Notes: generated by a model not told the origin, from the sequence alone. A stretch of 64,000 bases of DNA from Octopus vulgaris (GCA_951406725.2 OX597821.1:22878001-22942000); one strand, 5' to 3'; numbered from the stretch's first letter, positions 25,685 to 39,399 are shown. Made by a program: numbers and translations.

Positions 25685-25950
25685 AGTAAAGTCAGGTAAA
25701 GTTAACTTCTTGAGTCATACTGGCTCACAAGCACCAGTTTCCCAGTTTCCATGGCATATATAGTCGCCACTTGGACAAGATGCCAGTCTGTCACAGGATT
25801 ACTCATTTTTGCCAGCTGAGTAGACTGGAACAACATGAAATGAGGTGTTTTGCTCAAGAACACAATGCATCGCCTGGTCCCAGAATCAAGACTACAGTCT
25901 AACAGTCATGAGTCCAACACCCTAACCACTAAGCCACAAGCCTCCACTAT
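25685..25950 (-). mobile_element. tRNA-derived SINE (family C-related)
   Basis: Minus strand TGGCTTAGTGGTTAGG...GTGTTCTTGAGCAAAACACCTCATTTCATGTTGTTCCAGTCTACTCAGCTGG shares its central domain with 61141-61476. Confidence 0.75.
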
Positions 25951-26385
25951 GACCTTTGTTTTCAATCTTCCGAGAAATGTCTAGTCTTTGATAAATATTA
26001 CCTTACTTTGAAACAGGTGAGGATTGGTGACCAAATGGGCACCCAACTGTTGAAAATCTGCCTCAACAAAAGTCCATCTGACCAGCACAAGCATGGAAAA
26101 ATGAGGCTTGGGTGGCAACCCCTGTTGTACTCTTTCGCCCCAACTTTCTCTCACTCTTTCTTCCTGTTTCTTGAGTAACACTGTGATGGACTGGCATCCC
26201 ATCCAGCGGTGAGTAGGGGGGACATATACGCTATAGAAACCAGGAAACTGGGCCCATGAGCCTGGCTAGGCTTGAAAAGGGTGCATAAATAAAATAACGT
26301 TTTATGTAACTTATCCTACACATGTGAATGTGAGAAAAACAAAATTGGAATTTTTGCAAAATGTATCAAAAAAGCTAGTTTTTAA

Positions 26386-26587
26386 CCCTTTAACGTTCAG
26401 ATTATTCTGACAAATGCAATGCGTGTTTATTCACATTGTTTTGAAATAATCCTGGGATTTCAATGATGTGATTGTTTATTTTTAGGATGATATTGTAAGG
26501 TAGACCAGAGTGGATGGATATGACCAGTTTGAACATAGAACAGGCAGAATATTTTGGCTAGATATGGCCAGTTTATATACCAAAGAG
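26386..26587 (-). mobile_element. piggyBac-type MITE
   Basis: TTAA|CCCTTT...AAAGAG|TTAA; inverted homolog of 32032-32249. Confidence 0.8.
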
Positions 26588-26637
26588 TTAAACATCGAAT
26601 GGACATGGGAGTCACCAAGAATAAAATAGTAATCAAA

Positions 26638-26802
26638 GGCGCAGGAGTGGCTGTGTGGTAAGTAGCTTGCTAACCAGCCGCATGGTTGCGGGTTCAGTCC
26701 CACTGCGTGGCATCTTGGGCAAGTATCTTCTGCTATATCCTCGGGCAGACCAAAGCCTTGTGAGTGGATTTGGTAGACGGAAACTGAGAGAAGCCTGTCG
26801 TA

Positions 26803-26853
<51 letters not shown>

Positions 26854-27080
26854 GTGTGTGTGTGTTTGTGTGTCTGTGTTTGTCCCCCTAGCATTGCTTG
26901 ACAACCGATGCTGGTGTGTTTACGTCCCCGTCACTTAGCGGTTCGGCAAAAGAAACCGATAGAATAAGTACTGGGCTTACAAAGAATAAGTCCCGGGGTC
27001 GATTTGCTCGACTAAAGGCGGTGCTCCAGCATGGCCACAGTCAAATGACTGAAACAAGTAAAAGTGTAAGAGTAAAAGAG
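26638..27080 (+). mobile_element. tRNA-derived SINE family A with internal (TA)n(TG)n
   Basis: TGGCTGTGTGG A-box and GGTTCAGTCCC B-box; ends ...CAAATGACTGAAACAAGTAAAAG. Near-identical copies at 29666, 45148, 49812 and 50623. Confidence 0.92.
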
Positions 27081-28574
27081 TTCATAGACAAAAAATGGTT
27101 GAAAGCCACTGGTATACAATGCAAACATTCAAATATTGCTACAATCATTCCAAATCTTGCTGCATTTCACAACAGAAGTTTTGGTCCTCCAAAGCCATCT
27201 TAGTGTATAAGATGACCTACCATTTTTTTGCCTGTAACTTTCGGTCAATAAAATTCAGCTTGTTTGCCAGGAAGTGTAGAATATTTGATTACACACAGCA
27301 ACGGTAGCTGAAATGTGTATTACTTACATGGAGTATACTCTAAGGCACAACAATGAAGCTTTTGGATATCCACAGCTCCATCAACTATGATGATCATGAG
27401 AACTTTCTTTTGGAATCTGTTCACTTGGATGATAATGCTATGTGAACATGTGATTTGCAGATAACTTACAAGAGTTCAATGGTTTATCTAGTTGGCCAAT
27501 AACTCATAAAAAATGTATATAATCTATAGCATTTCCAGCATACACAGACCATTGTTATCTTTGGGTTTCATCCTTTTATTTATCTATTTTAAAACTCAGC
27601 ATAGCAATTTGATGTATTCTGACAGAGGGTTGTTACACATGCCTGGTTATTTTGAGTAAAAATCTTACCAGATGCCAAGATAAAACACAATTCTGTCTTC
27701 TCTTCAATACTGTTGGATCCATTCCATAAGCACTTTGTCTATTTCTACGTTCTTGAAGTTAAATCACGTCTACCTTCATATTTTAAACTAATTTTCTTCA
27801 GTTTGTTTTTCTTAATTTCAACTTTTATATATTTTATCATCATCATCATCATCATTATCATCATCATTGTTGATGTTTTTTAACATCTATTTTTCCAAGC
27901 TTGCATGGGTTCGATGGAACTTGTCATGACAGATTTTTTTTCCTATGGCCTGATGTCTTTCCTATCTCTAACCCTCACTTGTTTCCAATCAAGACAATAT
28001 TTTCCCATTGATGGACATGTTTTCAGGGAAGGTTGAAAATGAACAACACCTCTAATATGGTAATGACACTTGTTCACAACAGTAACTTGATGTCAAGACA
28101 AGAAGACATGAACAAACATTACATGCATACATATTGTCATCGCCATTCAACATCCATGTCTTTAATTATAATTGCATTCTCTTCTGGGATGTTTTATAGT
28201 AGTGCCCTTTTTCTGTGACTAAGACTCAAGCCCCCACACCTTTCCCCATTTCTATTGTATGTACAGAAAATATCAGACTAGAGTAACTTAGTTCTAGGTA
28301 CTAGTTTGATGCAGATGGCTACTTACTTTACATCACCAAACTAAAATTCCTTTTACTTGATTCAGTCATTAGACTGCAACCATGCTAGAGTATTGGTGTG
28401 TACAGTTGAACGAATTGAACCCTAGTCTTTAGTTTTAAGTTTAATACTTATGCTATTGACACCTTTTGCCAAACTACTAAGTTTTAGGGGTGTAAACAAA
28501 CCAACACTAGTTGTCAAGCAGTGGGAGAGATAGACATAAGCACAACATCACAGATACACACACACACAAACAGT

Positions 28575-29865
28575 GGCAAGATATTTTCTAAATTGGATCT
28601 CTCTGACACGTACCTACAAATTAGAGTAGATGATGAATGGCTCTGTATACCTAACAATTAACACACATAAAGGACTGCATAAATACAACAGGTTACCATT
28701 TGACTTAAAAGTCACACCAGTGATTTTTCAACAGATTATGGATGCAATGTTAGCAGACTGTGAATTTGCAATTCCATATCTGGATGATATACTCATAAAA
28801 AATGAATCCAAGGATCAACAAGTAGAGCAAGTAAAATATGTGCTCAGAAAAATTAGGGATTACAGTTTTACTTTGAGTGATGAAAAGTGTGAATTTTTCT
28901 TACTGAAAATAAAAATATTTAGGACAAATCATTGGCAGAAGTTAATGTCAACCAGATTTGTCAAAGGCAGGCCCAATTAAAAATATGCCCCCTCCCACAA
29001 ATATAGTGACCTTACAAGTATTTTTAGGACTGGCAAATTATTACCAAAATTATATTCCAAATATGCTTAAGGTGAGGGTTCCACTGAATAATCTGCTGAA
29101 AAAAATGTGAGGTGGAATTGGTTAGAAAATTGTCAAAAAGTGTTTCATGAAATTAAAAAATATCAACATCTGATTTGTTATTAACACACTTCAATCCTTG
29201 AAGTGGAGATTGTTGTAGCGTCAGATGCTTCTATGTACGGTATAGGAGCAGTAATGCTACAGGAATATAAAGAAGGTAACATAAAGGTGGTGGTTCATGC
29301 CTCATGTTCTCTGATATCTGCAGAGAAAAATTATAGCCAAATCAAAAAAGCTCTAGTGATTATTTTTGCCATGAAAAAATTTCACAGATTTTTACACAGT
29401 AGAAGTTTTTCATCTGTAGACTGATCACCATCTGTTATTATCAATATTTGGGTCAAAGAAAGGAATCCCTACCCATACTTCTAATAGGTTGCAATGCTGG
29501 GGTACAATATTATTAAACTATGATTTCGAGATGAAGTATATACCATGCAAGAAATTAGGTCATGCTGGTTGTTTATCAAGACAGATTTCAGAAAATATGG
29601 AACCATTTGAAGATACCATGATTGCTGCTTGCGAGCGGAGAATGAAAGTAAAAATGTTCTTTACGCTTTTACTTGTTTCAGTCATGTGACTGTGGCCATG
29701 CTGGAGCACCACCTTTAGTCGAGCAAATCAGCCCCCAGGACTTATTTTTTGTAAGCCTAGTACTTATTCTATTGGTCTCTTTTGCCGAACCGCTAAGTTA
29801 TGCGGACGTAAACACACCAATCAGTTGTCGCGATGTTGGGAGGACAAACAGACACACAAACACAT

Positions 29866-29918
<53 letters not shown>

Positions 29919-30330
29919 CATATATACAACGGGCTTCTTTCAGTTTCCGTCTACCAAATCCACTCACAAGGCATTGGTCGGCCAGAGGCTATAGTAGAAG
30001 ACTCTTGCCCAAAATGCTACGCAGTGGGACTGAACCAGGAACCATGTGGTTGGTAAGCAAGCTACTTACCACACAGCTACTCCTACGCCTGTGTAACATC
30101 ATACATGAACTGCCAGTTATTTTACAAAGTATAAAATTAAAATTGGAAAATGATAAATTCACTGAAAAAAAATGAAAGAAATACAGAAGGCTAAAAGAGA
30201 TAAAGATATGTGCAACACAAATGCAAACTATTTCTCAATGTGTGACAATGTGTTGATGTACACACAAAGTGTCGTAGTGCCAACCACACTACAAAAGCTA
30301 TTATTAAAGGAATTTCACATTGGTCACACG
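28575..30330 (+). mobile_element. Degraded Gypsy pol fragment (RT, RNase H, start of integrase zinc finger), interrupted by a SINE
   Basis: IFSKLDLSD, YNRLPF, YLDD, VASDASMYGIGAV, EKNYSQI, LLKEFHIGH. Confidence 0.88.
29666..30090 (-). mobile_element. SINE family A copy
   Basis: Reverse complement of 26638-27080. Confidence 0.92.
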
Positions 30331-30364
30331 CTCCCTGATTTCATGACACTATGATATCTAAAGT

Positions 30365-30710
30365 CTGAGACTCCCTTCAGTCATGACACTGACCATGGGA
30401 TTGCACCTAGAAAGTTACCCTCCCAGGCACAAGTCCGATCCGAGCAAGGTTGCTTATGGAAGACCAACAGTTGCCCATGCATACCGGCTTCCCCTCTCCA
30501 CGCCACCAGTGTTATCCAAGGGAAAGGCAAAGGGGCCGATACAGCTTGGCACTTGTGATGTCGCCACTCATTTCTACAGCTGAGTGAACTGGAGTTATGT
30601 GAAATAAAGTGTCTTGCTCAAGAACACAACACACAGCCCGGTCCAAGATTCGAACTCACAACCTCACAATCGTAAGCTCAACGCTCTAATCACTGAGCCA
30701 TGCACCTTCA
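30365..30710 (-). mobile_element. SINE family C copy
   Basis: Reverse-complement homolog of 61141-61476. Confidence 0.88.
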
Positions 30711-31321
30711 TGCATGTTTTTTGTGGACACCCTGTATTACTTTTTATTAAGAATGACATATTTATTAGTTATTGCTACATTCTCCCAAATCTGAAAGTGA
30801 ATATACTAATTGCTTGAATTTGCCTGATATCTACTAAAGTGATTCAAATATATTGATAAATATGGTGTTCACAGATTTTCTAACAATAATATTTTCTTTT
30901 ATTTTCAGGTGACTTAACATCTTTGATGTGAACTCAAGTAAATCCAAGGTGGCTACCACCTCTCAGAATGCAGCTGGGAGTGTTTCTGTGGATGCTATTT
31001 ATCTTCCGCTTAAAGTGGATTTTGTGTTAGAACACAGAATACTGCATTAGTTACTCCAAGAGAACCTCTCATATGGATTCATGGTGCATAAAAGCACTCA
31101 TGTTTATGATGTTGAATGGCAATAACCATCTCCTATAGCTACTAGAACTGCCAGAGATCCCCCTCTCATGGTAAATAACACAGAACTCTGTGTCGTAACA
31201 CATCTACTTTAAGTGGGAGATACAGATTATCTTTTGATATTAATACTGTTTTTGTCTCTATTAATCACTTTACAATATGCCCACTGTGGCTGTTTGTGAC
31301 ATCAGTGTCAGAATAGATACT

Positions 31322-31574
31322 TATTTCTTTATTGCCCACATGGGGCTAAACATAGAGGGGACAAACAAGGACAGACAAAGGGATTAAGACAATTACATCG
31401 ACCCCCAGTGTGTAACTGGTACTTAATTTATCAACCCCGAAAGGATGAAAGGCAAAATCGACCTTGGTGGAATTTGAACTCAGAACGTAACGGTAGATGA
31501 AATACACTAAGCATTTTGCCCTGCGTGCTAACGATTCTGCCAGCTCACCACCCTGAAAATTATACTGCGCTGCC
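31322..31574 (-). mobile_element. SINE family B with Tx1-like tail and 17-bp TSD
   Basis: Central domain TTTGCCTTTCATCCTTTCGGGGT.GATAAATTAAGTACC. TSD GTGTCAGAATAGATACT at 31305-31321 and 31575-31591. Confidence 0.9.
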
Positions 31575-32031
31575 GTGTCAGAATAGATACTGATATTCTA
31601 TATTTTGTCAGTGAACAGGTCGCGGATTTTAGCGACGAAAATATTTTGACAAATTAAACTTAAATGTTGAAGTGAATCAAACGGCTTTTGTGTGTTTCTT
31701 AAATGGCTTACAAACACCTTCCACGCTGCAATTGTATTCTATATATTGTTGATGGGAAAATCAGCTGCTGTTTCCTTGCAAGAAGTTTGTCATTGACAAG
31801 CCCAAAGAAGGATGAAATCATGTGTTCTGGTAGTTCCAGAATTTGTAGCAGATGGTTGTTACCTCTTGATGGTATAAACATGAATGCTTTTATATACCAC
31901 AAGTTATTATATGAATGGTCCTTTCATATGGCAAATATAGTAAATAATACACTACTTTAAGTGAGAAATACATATTGTTTTAAGCATTGATAATACTTCT
32001 GTCACTATTAATTATCATTGTTAATATTTAA

Positions 32032-32249
32032 CCCTTTAGTATTTAAACCGGCCATATCTGGCCAAAATATTTAATCTGTTTTATGTTCAAACTGACCAGA
32101 TCCAGACCCTCACACTTACCCTACAATGTTATTCTACATTAAGTAATTACACCATCAAGATCTTGAAGATATGAGATAATGCATGATTAATTCAAGTCAA
32201 TGGGAATCAATAAGCATTATGTTTGATAGATAATCTGAACACTAAAGGG
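32032..32249 (+). mobile_element. piggyBac-type MITE
   Basis: TTAA|CCCTTTAGT...ACTAAAGGG|TTAA. Confidence 0.88.
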
Positions 32250-32264
32250 TTAAAGGAGAGTGAG

Positions 32265-32665
32265 GTGCAAGCTGAGAGGCAAAATGCTTAGTGGTATTTC
32301 ATCCATCTTTATGTTCTGAGTTCAAATTCTGCTTTGTCTTTCATCCTCTCAGGGTCAATAAAATAAGTACTAATTAAGTCCTGAGGTCAATGTAATTAAT
32401 TTACCCACTCCCCAACCCAAAATTACTGGCCTTGTGCCAAAATTTGAAATCAGTATTTAAATGAGAGCAAGGTTGTAAATGGCAGAATTGTTAACATGCT
32501 GGGCAAAATGTTTGGTAGAATTTCATCCGTCTTTACATTCAAATTCCACTGGGATCAACTTCACCTTTCATTCTTTTGAGGTCAATAAAATAAGCACCGG
32601 TTAAATCCTGGCATTGATGTCCTTCAAAATTGCTGAGCTTGAACAAAAATTTGAAATCAGTATTT
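32265..32665 (+). mobile_element. Two tandem SINE family B copies with the alternative tail
   Basis: Family B head and centre followed by AAATT.CTGGCCTTGTGCCAAAATTTGAAA. Similar copies at about 36325, 37655-37990, 47605-48050 and 57635. Confidence 0.75.
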
Positions 32666-33264
32666 AAATGTGAGATAAAATATTGTAAAAATGCTTCAGT
32701 TGCTCCCTTTACGACTCCTCTATCACTGGTTCCCACTGCCAGCTAGTGGATGATACTGCCCACTTTGAGAGGCACTGCTTAATAGGATTTTGAAACTAGC
32801 CTCAGAACATAACTGGTACTCTATTTAATCTCCCCACCCCCACCCCCACCCGGGATAAAAGGCAAAAACCACAAAGGTGCAAAACTAAGTACTGCAGAAA
32901 GTTTATCCAGTGCTTCAATAATTCTGCCATCTACTGATTTTGGTTGGCTTGAGCCATTGTACCAAATGTGTCCTTCGTTTTTTAAGAAGATTTGGTTGAT
33001 ATTTCTAGCAGGTAAATACACTCACATACATATACCCACATATATACAGGCAAAGAAACAATACTGTTGTCACATTTGTATATATGTATCTGTGTGTACA
33101 TGTATATGTGTGTATCATTATATATACAAAGACACAGCAAGTGAGAGAAAGAGAGATGCAAACAGAATAGAGGTTCATATTTTTGTTCTTATATTTTTAA
33201 AACAATAACTTGCAAAAAATTTGGCATCTGTGTATATACATACATACATACATACATGTATGCA

Positions 33265-33296
<32 letters not shown>

Positions 33297-33298
<2 letters not shown>

Positions 33299-33440
33299 AA
33301 GGGCATCCAGCTGTAGAAACTCTGCCAAATCAAGATTGGAGCCTGGTGCAACCATCTGGTTCACCAGCCCTCAGGCAAAATCGTCCAACCCATGCTAGCA
33401 TGGAAAGCAGATGTTAAACGATGATGATGATGATGATGAT
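33297..33440 (+). mobile_element. Retroposon 3' end with (GAT)n tail (RTE-like)
   Basis: AGGAAGGGCATCCAGCTGTAGAAAC...GCATGGAAAGCAGATGTTAAAC(GAT)n. Further copies at about 27840, 52480, 54305, 56215, 57820 and 60900. Confidence 0.75.
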
Positions 33441-33829
33441 GATATATCGGGGGGAAAGTAAGAAGAAAAATAAGTGAAAATGCATATTGGAAATCAAAAA
33501 AAGTAAAGGCTTTTTATGAAAAGTAATGATAGATATATACATTTTGATGAACTGAGGTAGGAATAAAAGTAATAAAAGTCATTATTGTGAGTTGTTAAAG
33601 AGATTTAAAAGCATACTAGTTACGTAAATTTACTAACCATTGCATTGAATGCACACCAATTAATGAACAGTATCTGGTCTACTAATCCCTGAGTAAAAAG
33701 ATTATGTGTGTAAGGTAGGTAAGTAGTTCTGGATTTGGTGCAATTAGGGTAGATATAGATCTGTAATGTGAAAGGTGTATGGGATGTATGGGGGTTAGTG
33801 GTATTAATTGAAAGGTTAGTAGTGTTCTG

Positions 33830-33980
33830 TATTATGTTATGTGTTCATATTGAGTTGTGGAAGATATTTACTGATGAAAGTTGCCTCTTTATTCATTCTT
33901 TGCTGTACTGAGGTGTTCTGTGAACATTGATAGAAGGGAAAATTAGGAAATTAGGATTAAGAATCCTAGCACACCTTTCT
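33830..33980 (-). mobile_element. Penelope-like GIY-YIG C-terminal remnant
   Basis: Minus strand FPFYQCSQNTSVQQRMNKEATFISKYLPQLN fits the R-x-x-K-E-x-x-F-I...P-x-L-N end of PLE ORFs. Confidence 0.7.
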
Positions 33981-34011
33981 ATATAATATATATATATATA
34001 TATATAATAAC

Positions 34012-34050
<39 letters not shown>

Positions 34051-34094
34051 TTCAAGGTCATGATTAGTGAAAGTGAAACTGTTTGATAAATAGA

Positions 34095-34930
34095 TATGTT
34101 TCTTTATTAGCCACACAGGGCTGCACACAGATAGAACAAATTACAAGGTAGAGCTTTTCTTTTGAAGGTTTAAAAAAAAAAAAAAAAAGGAAGGGGGAGT
34201 TTCGATCAAAAGGGATCGTAAAAGGAGAGAAAGAGGACAAAAAAAGGGGGGTTAAAAAAAAGGGGGAGAGGAAAAAAAAAAATTTGATCAATAGGGATCG
34301 TTATCACAGAAATGTCAATATGAAGTGTAAAGGGGAGGGCAGGTGAGGTTTACCCGTGGAAAGAAAAGCCTACGGAAAAGACCACGGTAACCTCGGTCAA
34401 TGGAGTCACATGTTATATTTCTTTTTTTTTTTTTTGCAAATAAGCAACTCTCTGTTTTCAATTTCTGGGTTCATAGGATCATGCTCAAGGTGGCTTCGTC
34501 ATTCATACGTGCCATTCTTGCTACATTCACCCATCTTTTTTAAAACATTCGCTAGACAAAACTTGCCTCTCTACTCTCACTTTCCTTTTCAAGTGGTACT
34601 TGAAGAAGTTGATGAGAGATTGACCAGAGAGGAAAGTGTTTGTCTCCAATCCTTTCAGACGCGTCCACCAGATACATTCTTTCGCCATAGCCACAAGGAT
34701 GATGAAAATAGCTCTTCCTTCCCGTTTGAAGGAGGGAGGCGTGACAATATTAACGATAGACTCAGCTGATAAACCGACTCGTCCCACACGTGACAGCAGT
34801 TGTTCGACACAAGCCCACAGGTCGGAAATTGTTGGACACTGCATGAGTGCGTGCAGAACGGTTTCGTCGCTCTGACTGCATCTCGGGCAGGTCGGCCCCG
34901 TGTTTCTCGAGCCGTGTCTGTAGAGCTTTA
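34095..34930 (-). mobile_element. Tx1-type LINE, 5'-truncated copy A (zinc finger, C-terminus, 3' UTR)
   Basis: [19 protein letters not shown]...AKECIWWTR; ends AGCCCTGTGTGGCTAATAAAGAAACATATCTA. Confidence 0.87.
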
Positions 34931-34975
34931 GATAGACAGACAGGCAGATAGATAGATAGATAGATAGATAGATAT

Positions 34976-35055
<80 letters not shown>

Positions 35056-35068
35056 ATAGCTAGATAGA

Positions 35069-35104
<36 letters not shown>

Positions 35105-35153
35105 CAGCAGACAGATAGACAGATAACTAGGTAGATAGATAGACAGACAGACT

Positions 35154-35243
<90 letters not shown>

Positions 35244-35315
35244 CAGACAAGTAGATAGACAGACAGATAGCTAGGTAGATGGACAGACAGACAGACAAAC
35301 AGATAGATAGGTAGA

Positions 35316-35403
<88 letters not shown>
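34931..35403. repeat. (GATA)n/(GACA)n/(GA)n compound microsatellite
   Basis: Seen directly. Confidence 0.98.
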
Positions 35404-35405
<2 letters not shown>

Positions 35406-35888
35406 TGTTTCTTTATTAGCCACACAGGGCTGCAAACAGACAGGACAAATTACAAGGTAGAGCTTTTCTTTTGGGGATAAAAAAGGGGTTTGGTTTTCGA
35501 TCAAAAGGGATCGTAAAAGGAAAGAAAGAGGACAAAAAAAGGGTGGGGATAAAAAAAGGGAAAAGGAAAAAAAAAACGATCAATATGGATCGTTATCACA
35601 GAAATGTCAATATAAAGTGTAAAGGGGAGGACAGGTGAGGTTTACCCGTGGAGAGAAAAGCCTACGGAAAAGACCACGGTAACCTCGGTCAATGAAGTCA
35701 CATGTTATATTTTTTTTTTTTTTTTTACAAATAAGCAACTCTCTGTATTAATTTTTACGGTTCATAGGATCATAGTCAAGGTGTCTTCGTCATTCATACA
35801 TGCCATCCTTGCTACATTCACCCATCTTTTTTTAAAACATTCACTAGACAAAACTTGCCTCTCTACTCTCACTTTCCTCTTCAAGTGA
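35404..35888 (-). mobile_element. Tx1-type LINE, 5'-truncated copy B
   Basis: Closely matches 34095-34595 ([20 protein letters not shown] plus the same UTR); (GATA)n on both sides. Confidence 0.9.
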
Positions 35889-35892
35889 TATG

Positions 35893-35966
<74 letters not shown>

Positions 35967-35989
35967 CAGATCGATAGATAGATAGAGAT

Positions 35990-36020
<31 letters not shown>

Positions 36021-36667
36021 TATGTCACATTATAAGAATGTGAATGAATTTGTTGTTGTGGTAAACCAAAGTGGTACTGGAAGGAACCCTATGATGGTCT
36101 TACATACATAACATATGGAAGTTGGATAGTCATGGATGGATGGGATGTTGAGGAGAACAAAGTATGTCATCAGCATCAACCTAATCTTTATTGTTGTTGC
36201 TGTCCTTCTTGATGTGATGACATTAATCCTCATAATCACCACCACCAACACCACCACCACCACCACCACCACCACCAACACCACCACCACCACTATTATC
36301 ATCATCATCATCATCTTGTGATGGCAGAATTGTTAGTATGCCAAGCAGAATGCTTAATGGCATTTCATCTGCCTTTGTCCCGAGTTCAAATTCTGTCAGG
36401 GTCAACTTTGTCTTCTATGATTTTGGGGTAAATAAAATAAGTACTGGTTGACTATTGAGGTTTATGTCAACAACTTACCCTCCTCACCTGAAATTGCTGG
36501 CATTGTGCCAAAAATTTGAAATCATTATCATCATCATCATATACCACCACAACTATCTCCACCACCACCCCATCATCATCATCATTTCATCATCATAGTC
36601 ATAACCAGCAAACACTATCTTCACCCTTATTATCATTTTCCTTATCATCATCATCACCACCACCACC

Positions 36668-36698
<31 letters not shown>

Positions 36699-37213
36699 AC
36701 CCCACCATCGTCATCACTAAAGTAATTATCATACTGATCCTCATAATCATTGCCATCATTATCATCATCGCCACAACCATCATAAATAACCAAGACCACC
36801 ACCACCACCACCACCACCACCACCATCAACATCATCACCACCACTACCACCATCACCCTCATCATCCTTATGCTCCTCCCCCATCATCCTTATCCTCTGC
36901 CCCATCATCATTATCATCATCATCGTCATCATCATGAACAACAGCAATCAGTGACCACACCTCAACCTAGTATTCACACCTGACTGATATAACAACATAC
37001 CAAGTCAGTCAGAGACTGGCAGGCAGAGAAGAAAAAAACGATATCGTATCGTATATCTATTAGGGCTGGGTATACCAATACACACACAAACCACACACAC
37101 TAAGTCCTGTGTATATGTACATGTACTCACAGTCACACACACATGTGCATACTTAAACATATTCACTGCCTGTCCCCATCCTATGCAACCCTGGACTCAT
37201 ACACACTCATACA

Positions 37214-37267
<54 letters not shown>

Positions 37268-37526
37268 CTCAGTCATATGCGCAAACAATAACATATACAC
37301 ATGCACACCAGCAAATGCAAACACACGCGCACACATATTATCAGATAACAAGCAAATCTACACCAGGAATACACAAGATAAATACAAAACTAGATTTGTA
37401 CAGATTATATGTATGATAGTAGAGGTGGCAGTGGTATGATGGTGGTAGTCATGGTAAAGCATTTTCTGGTGATGGTGATGATGCTAATGATGGTACTGTA
37501 ATAAAGTCTAAATATTTCAACTGTAG

Positions 37527-37590
<64 letters not shown>

Positions 37591-38268
37591 GTTCATTTAT
37601 AACATAAAATTCAGATTACATAGTATGATAAATTTATGTTATATATATTTATTTCAAATTTTGACACAAGGCCAGTAATTTTAGGGTAGGGATAAATCAA
37701 TTACAATGACACCAGTGTTCAACTGGTACTTATTTTATCGACTCTGAAAGGATGAAAGGCAAAGTCAACTTTGGCAGAATTTGCCCCCTATATGTAATAT
37801 ATAATATCAGTTTCACATTTTGGCACAAGGGTAACGACATTTACAGAGGGGTAAGCCAATTACATCAACCCCAGTGTTCAACTGGTATTCATTTTATCAA
37901 CTCTAAAAGTCAACCTTGGGGGAATTTGAACTCAGAACAAAATGCTGCTAAGTATTTTGCCCAGCATGCTAACAATCCTGCCAGTTCATCGTCTTTTTAT
38001 GAACTCACATAAAGAATCTTGCAAACCAAATCCCAAAACGAAATATATATATATATATATATATATATAGATGAGTGTATTTTTGCCTTGTTAACAATTA
38101 ACACAGAAAAAATAAATAAATAGTTACCAGGGTAGCAAAAAATCACACAAGTAAAGAGGTTGTAACTCCTTGTTTTTAAAGGTAGAAACTTCAGGTTTAC
38201 ATGGAATTTTTTGTATAATATATAAATAAATAAATGGAGTTTAACGCAGGTATAAATCAAATACTTTT

Positions 38269-38355
38269 ACTTTCGACATATGTTTCAAAAATTTCACTGA
38301 TCTTATTCAAAGGAATAAATGGTATAAAACAATGCAATCTTCTCTTCAGGAAAGT
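38269..38355 (-). ncRNA. Minimal type I hammerhead ribozyme with intact core
   Basis: ACTTTC-CTGAAGA-[GAAGATTGCATTG..CAGTGAAATTTTT]-GAAA-CATATG-TC-GAAAGT. 6-bp stem I, long stem II, palindromic stem III, GUC cleavage triplet. Confidence 0.8.
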
Positions 38356-38404
38356 GAAAAAACGAAACTCGTCAATAATACATTTTAGCATTCTCCAATA
38401 CGCT

Positions 38405-38553
38405 ATCGCCGAGGTTGACTTTGCCTTTCATCCTTTCGGGGGTCAATTAAATAAGTACCAGTTACACACTGGGGTCAATATTATCGACTTAATCCGTTTG
38501 TCTGTCCTTGTTTGTCCCCTCTGTGTTTAGCCTCTTGTGGGCAGTAAAGAAAT
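38405..38553 (+). mobile_element. 5'-truncated SINE family B with Tx1-like tail
   Basis: Central domain followed by ...TTTAGCCTCTTGTGGGCAGTAAAGAAATA. Confidence 0.85.
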
Positions 38554-38625
38554 ATACATTTTATATATATATATATATACATATATATACATACATATAC
38601 TTTTTTCATTTTCCAGTTTATATAT

Positions 38626-38683
<58 letters not shown>

Positions 38684-38973
38684 ACACATACATATACATA
38701 TACATCTTCATTTTCCAGGTTTTAACCTTCCACTTTTTCTATATACTTCCTTCTTGCCTTTTCTCATTTCTTCTCTCATTCAATTCTTGGTTCGTTATGC
38801 AATGTAGGCTGTACCTGATGACTGTGCCAAGATGTCAGACTTGTTATAGAACCTTGTTTGGCATGTTCTCAGCATATGGAACTATTAGTAGCACATAAAA
38901 CATGTATTGTGTCCATGAGATAATATTTATCTCTCACCAGATGAAGTACTTTTTGTTTACCATGGAACAATAC

Positions 38974-39023
<50 letters not shown>

Positions 39024-39399
39024 TACATACACATGCACACACATACATACATGCATACATATATACATATAGAGGGAAGAGACTGACAGACAAACATTTA
39101 GACAAACAGAAAGGCAAAAAGGCAGATAGATAGGTAGATAGATAGACAGAATGATTGACAGATCGACTGACAGACAGACAGACAGACAGATAGATAGATA
39201 TATAGATAGATTGATAGATAGACATACAGATACACACATGTACACATAATTTAAGTTAAAATGAGAAAGTAGTACATGACTATTATTTACTACAATTTCA
39301 TTTGGCAAATTATCAAAATTGTAATAAAGACAACTTTTAAAAATGTTGCATCTTTAACCCAAGAAGAAGAGAATTGTGGCAGAATATAATATATATGTA

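Noticed and set aside
26655-27203. Recurrent peptides such as MVPGSVPLRGILGKCLL and IHSQGIGRP
   Set aside because: Translations of SINE family A, not a gene family.
33871-33880. CTGATGA on the plus strand
   Set aside because: Lies in the antisense of the GIY-YIG coding remnant and has no hammerhead stems.
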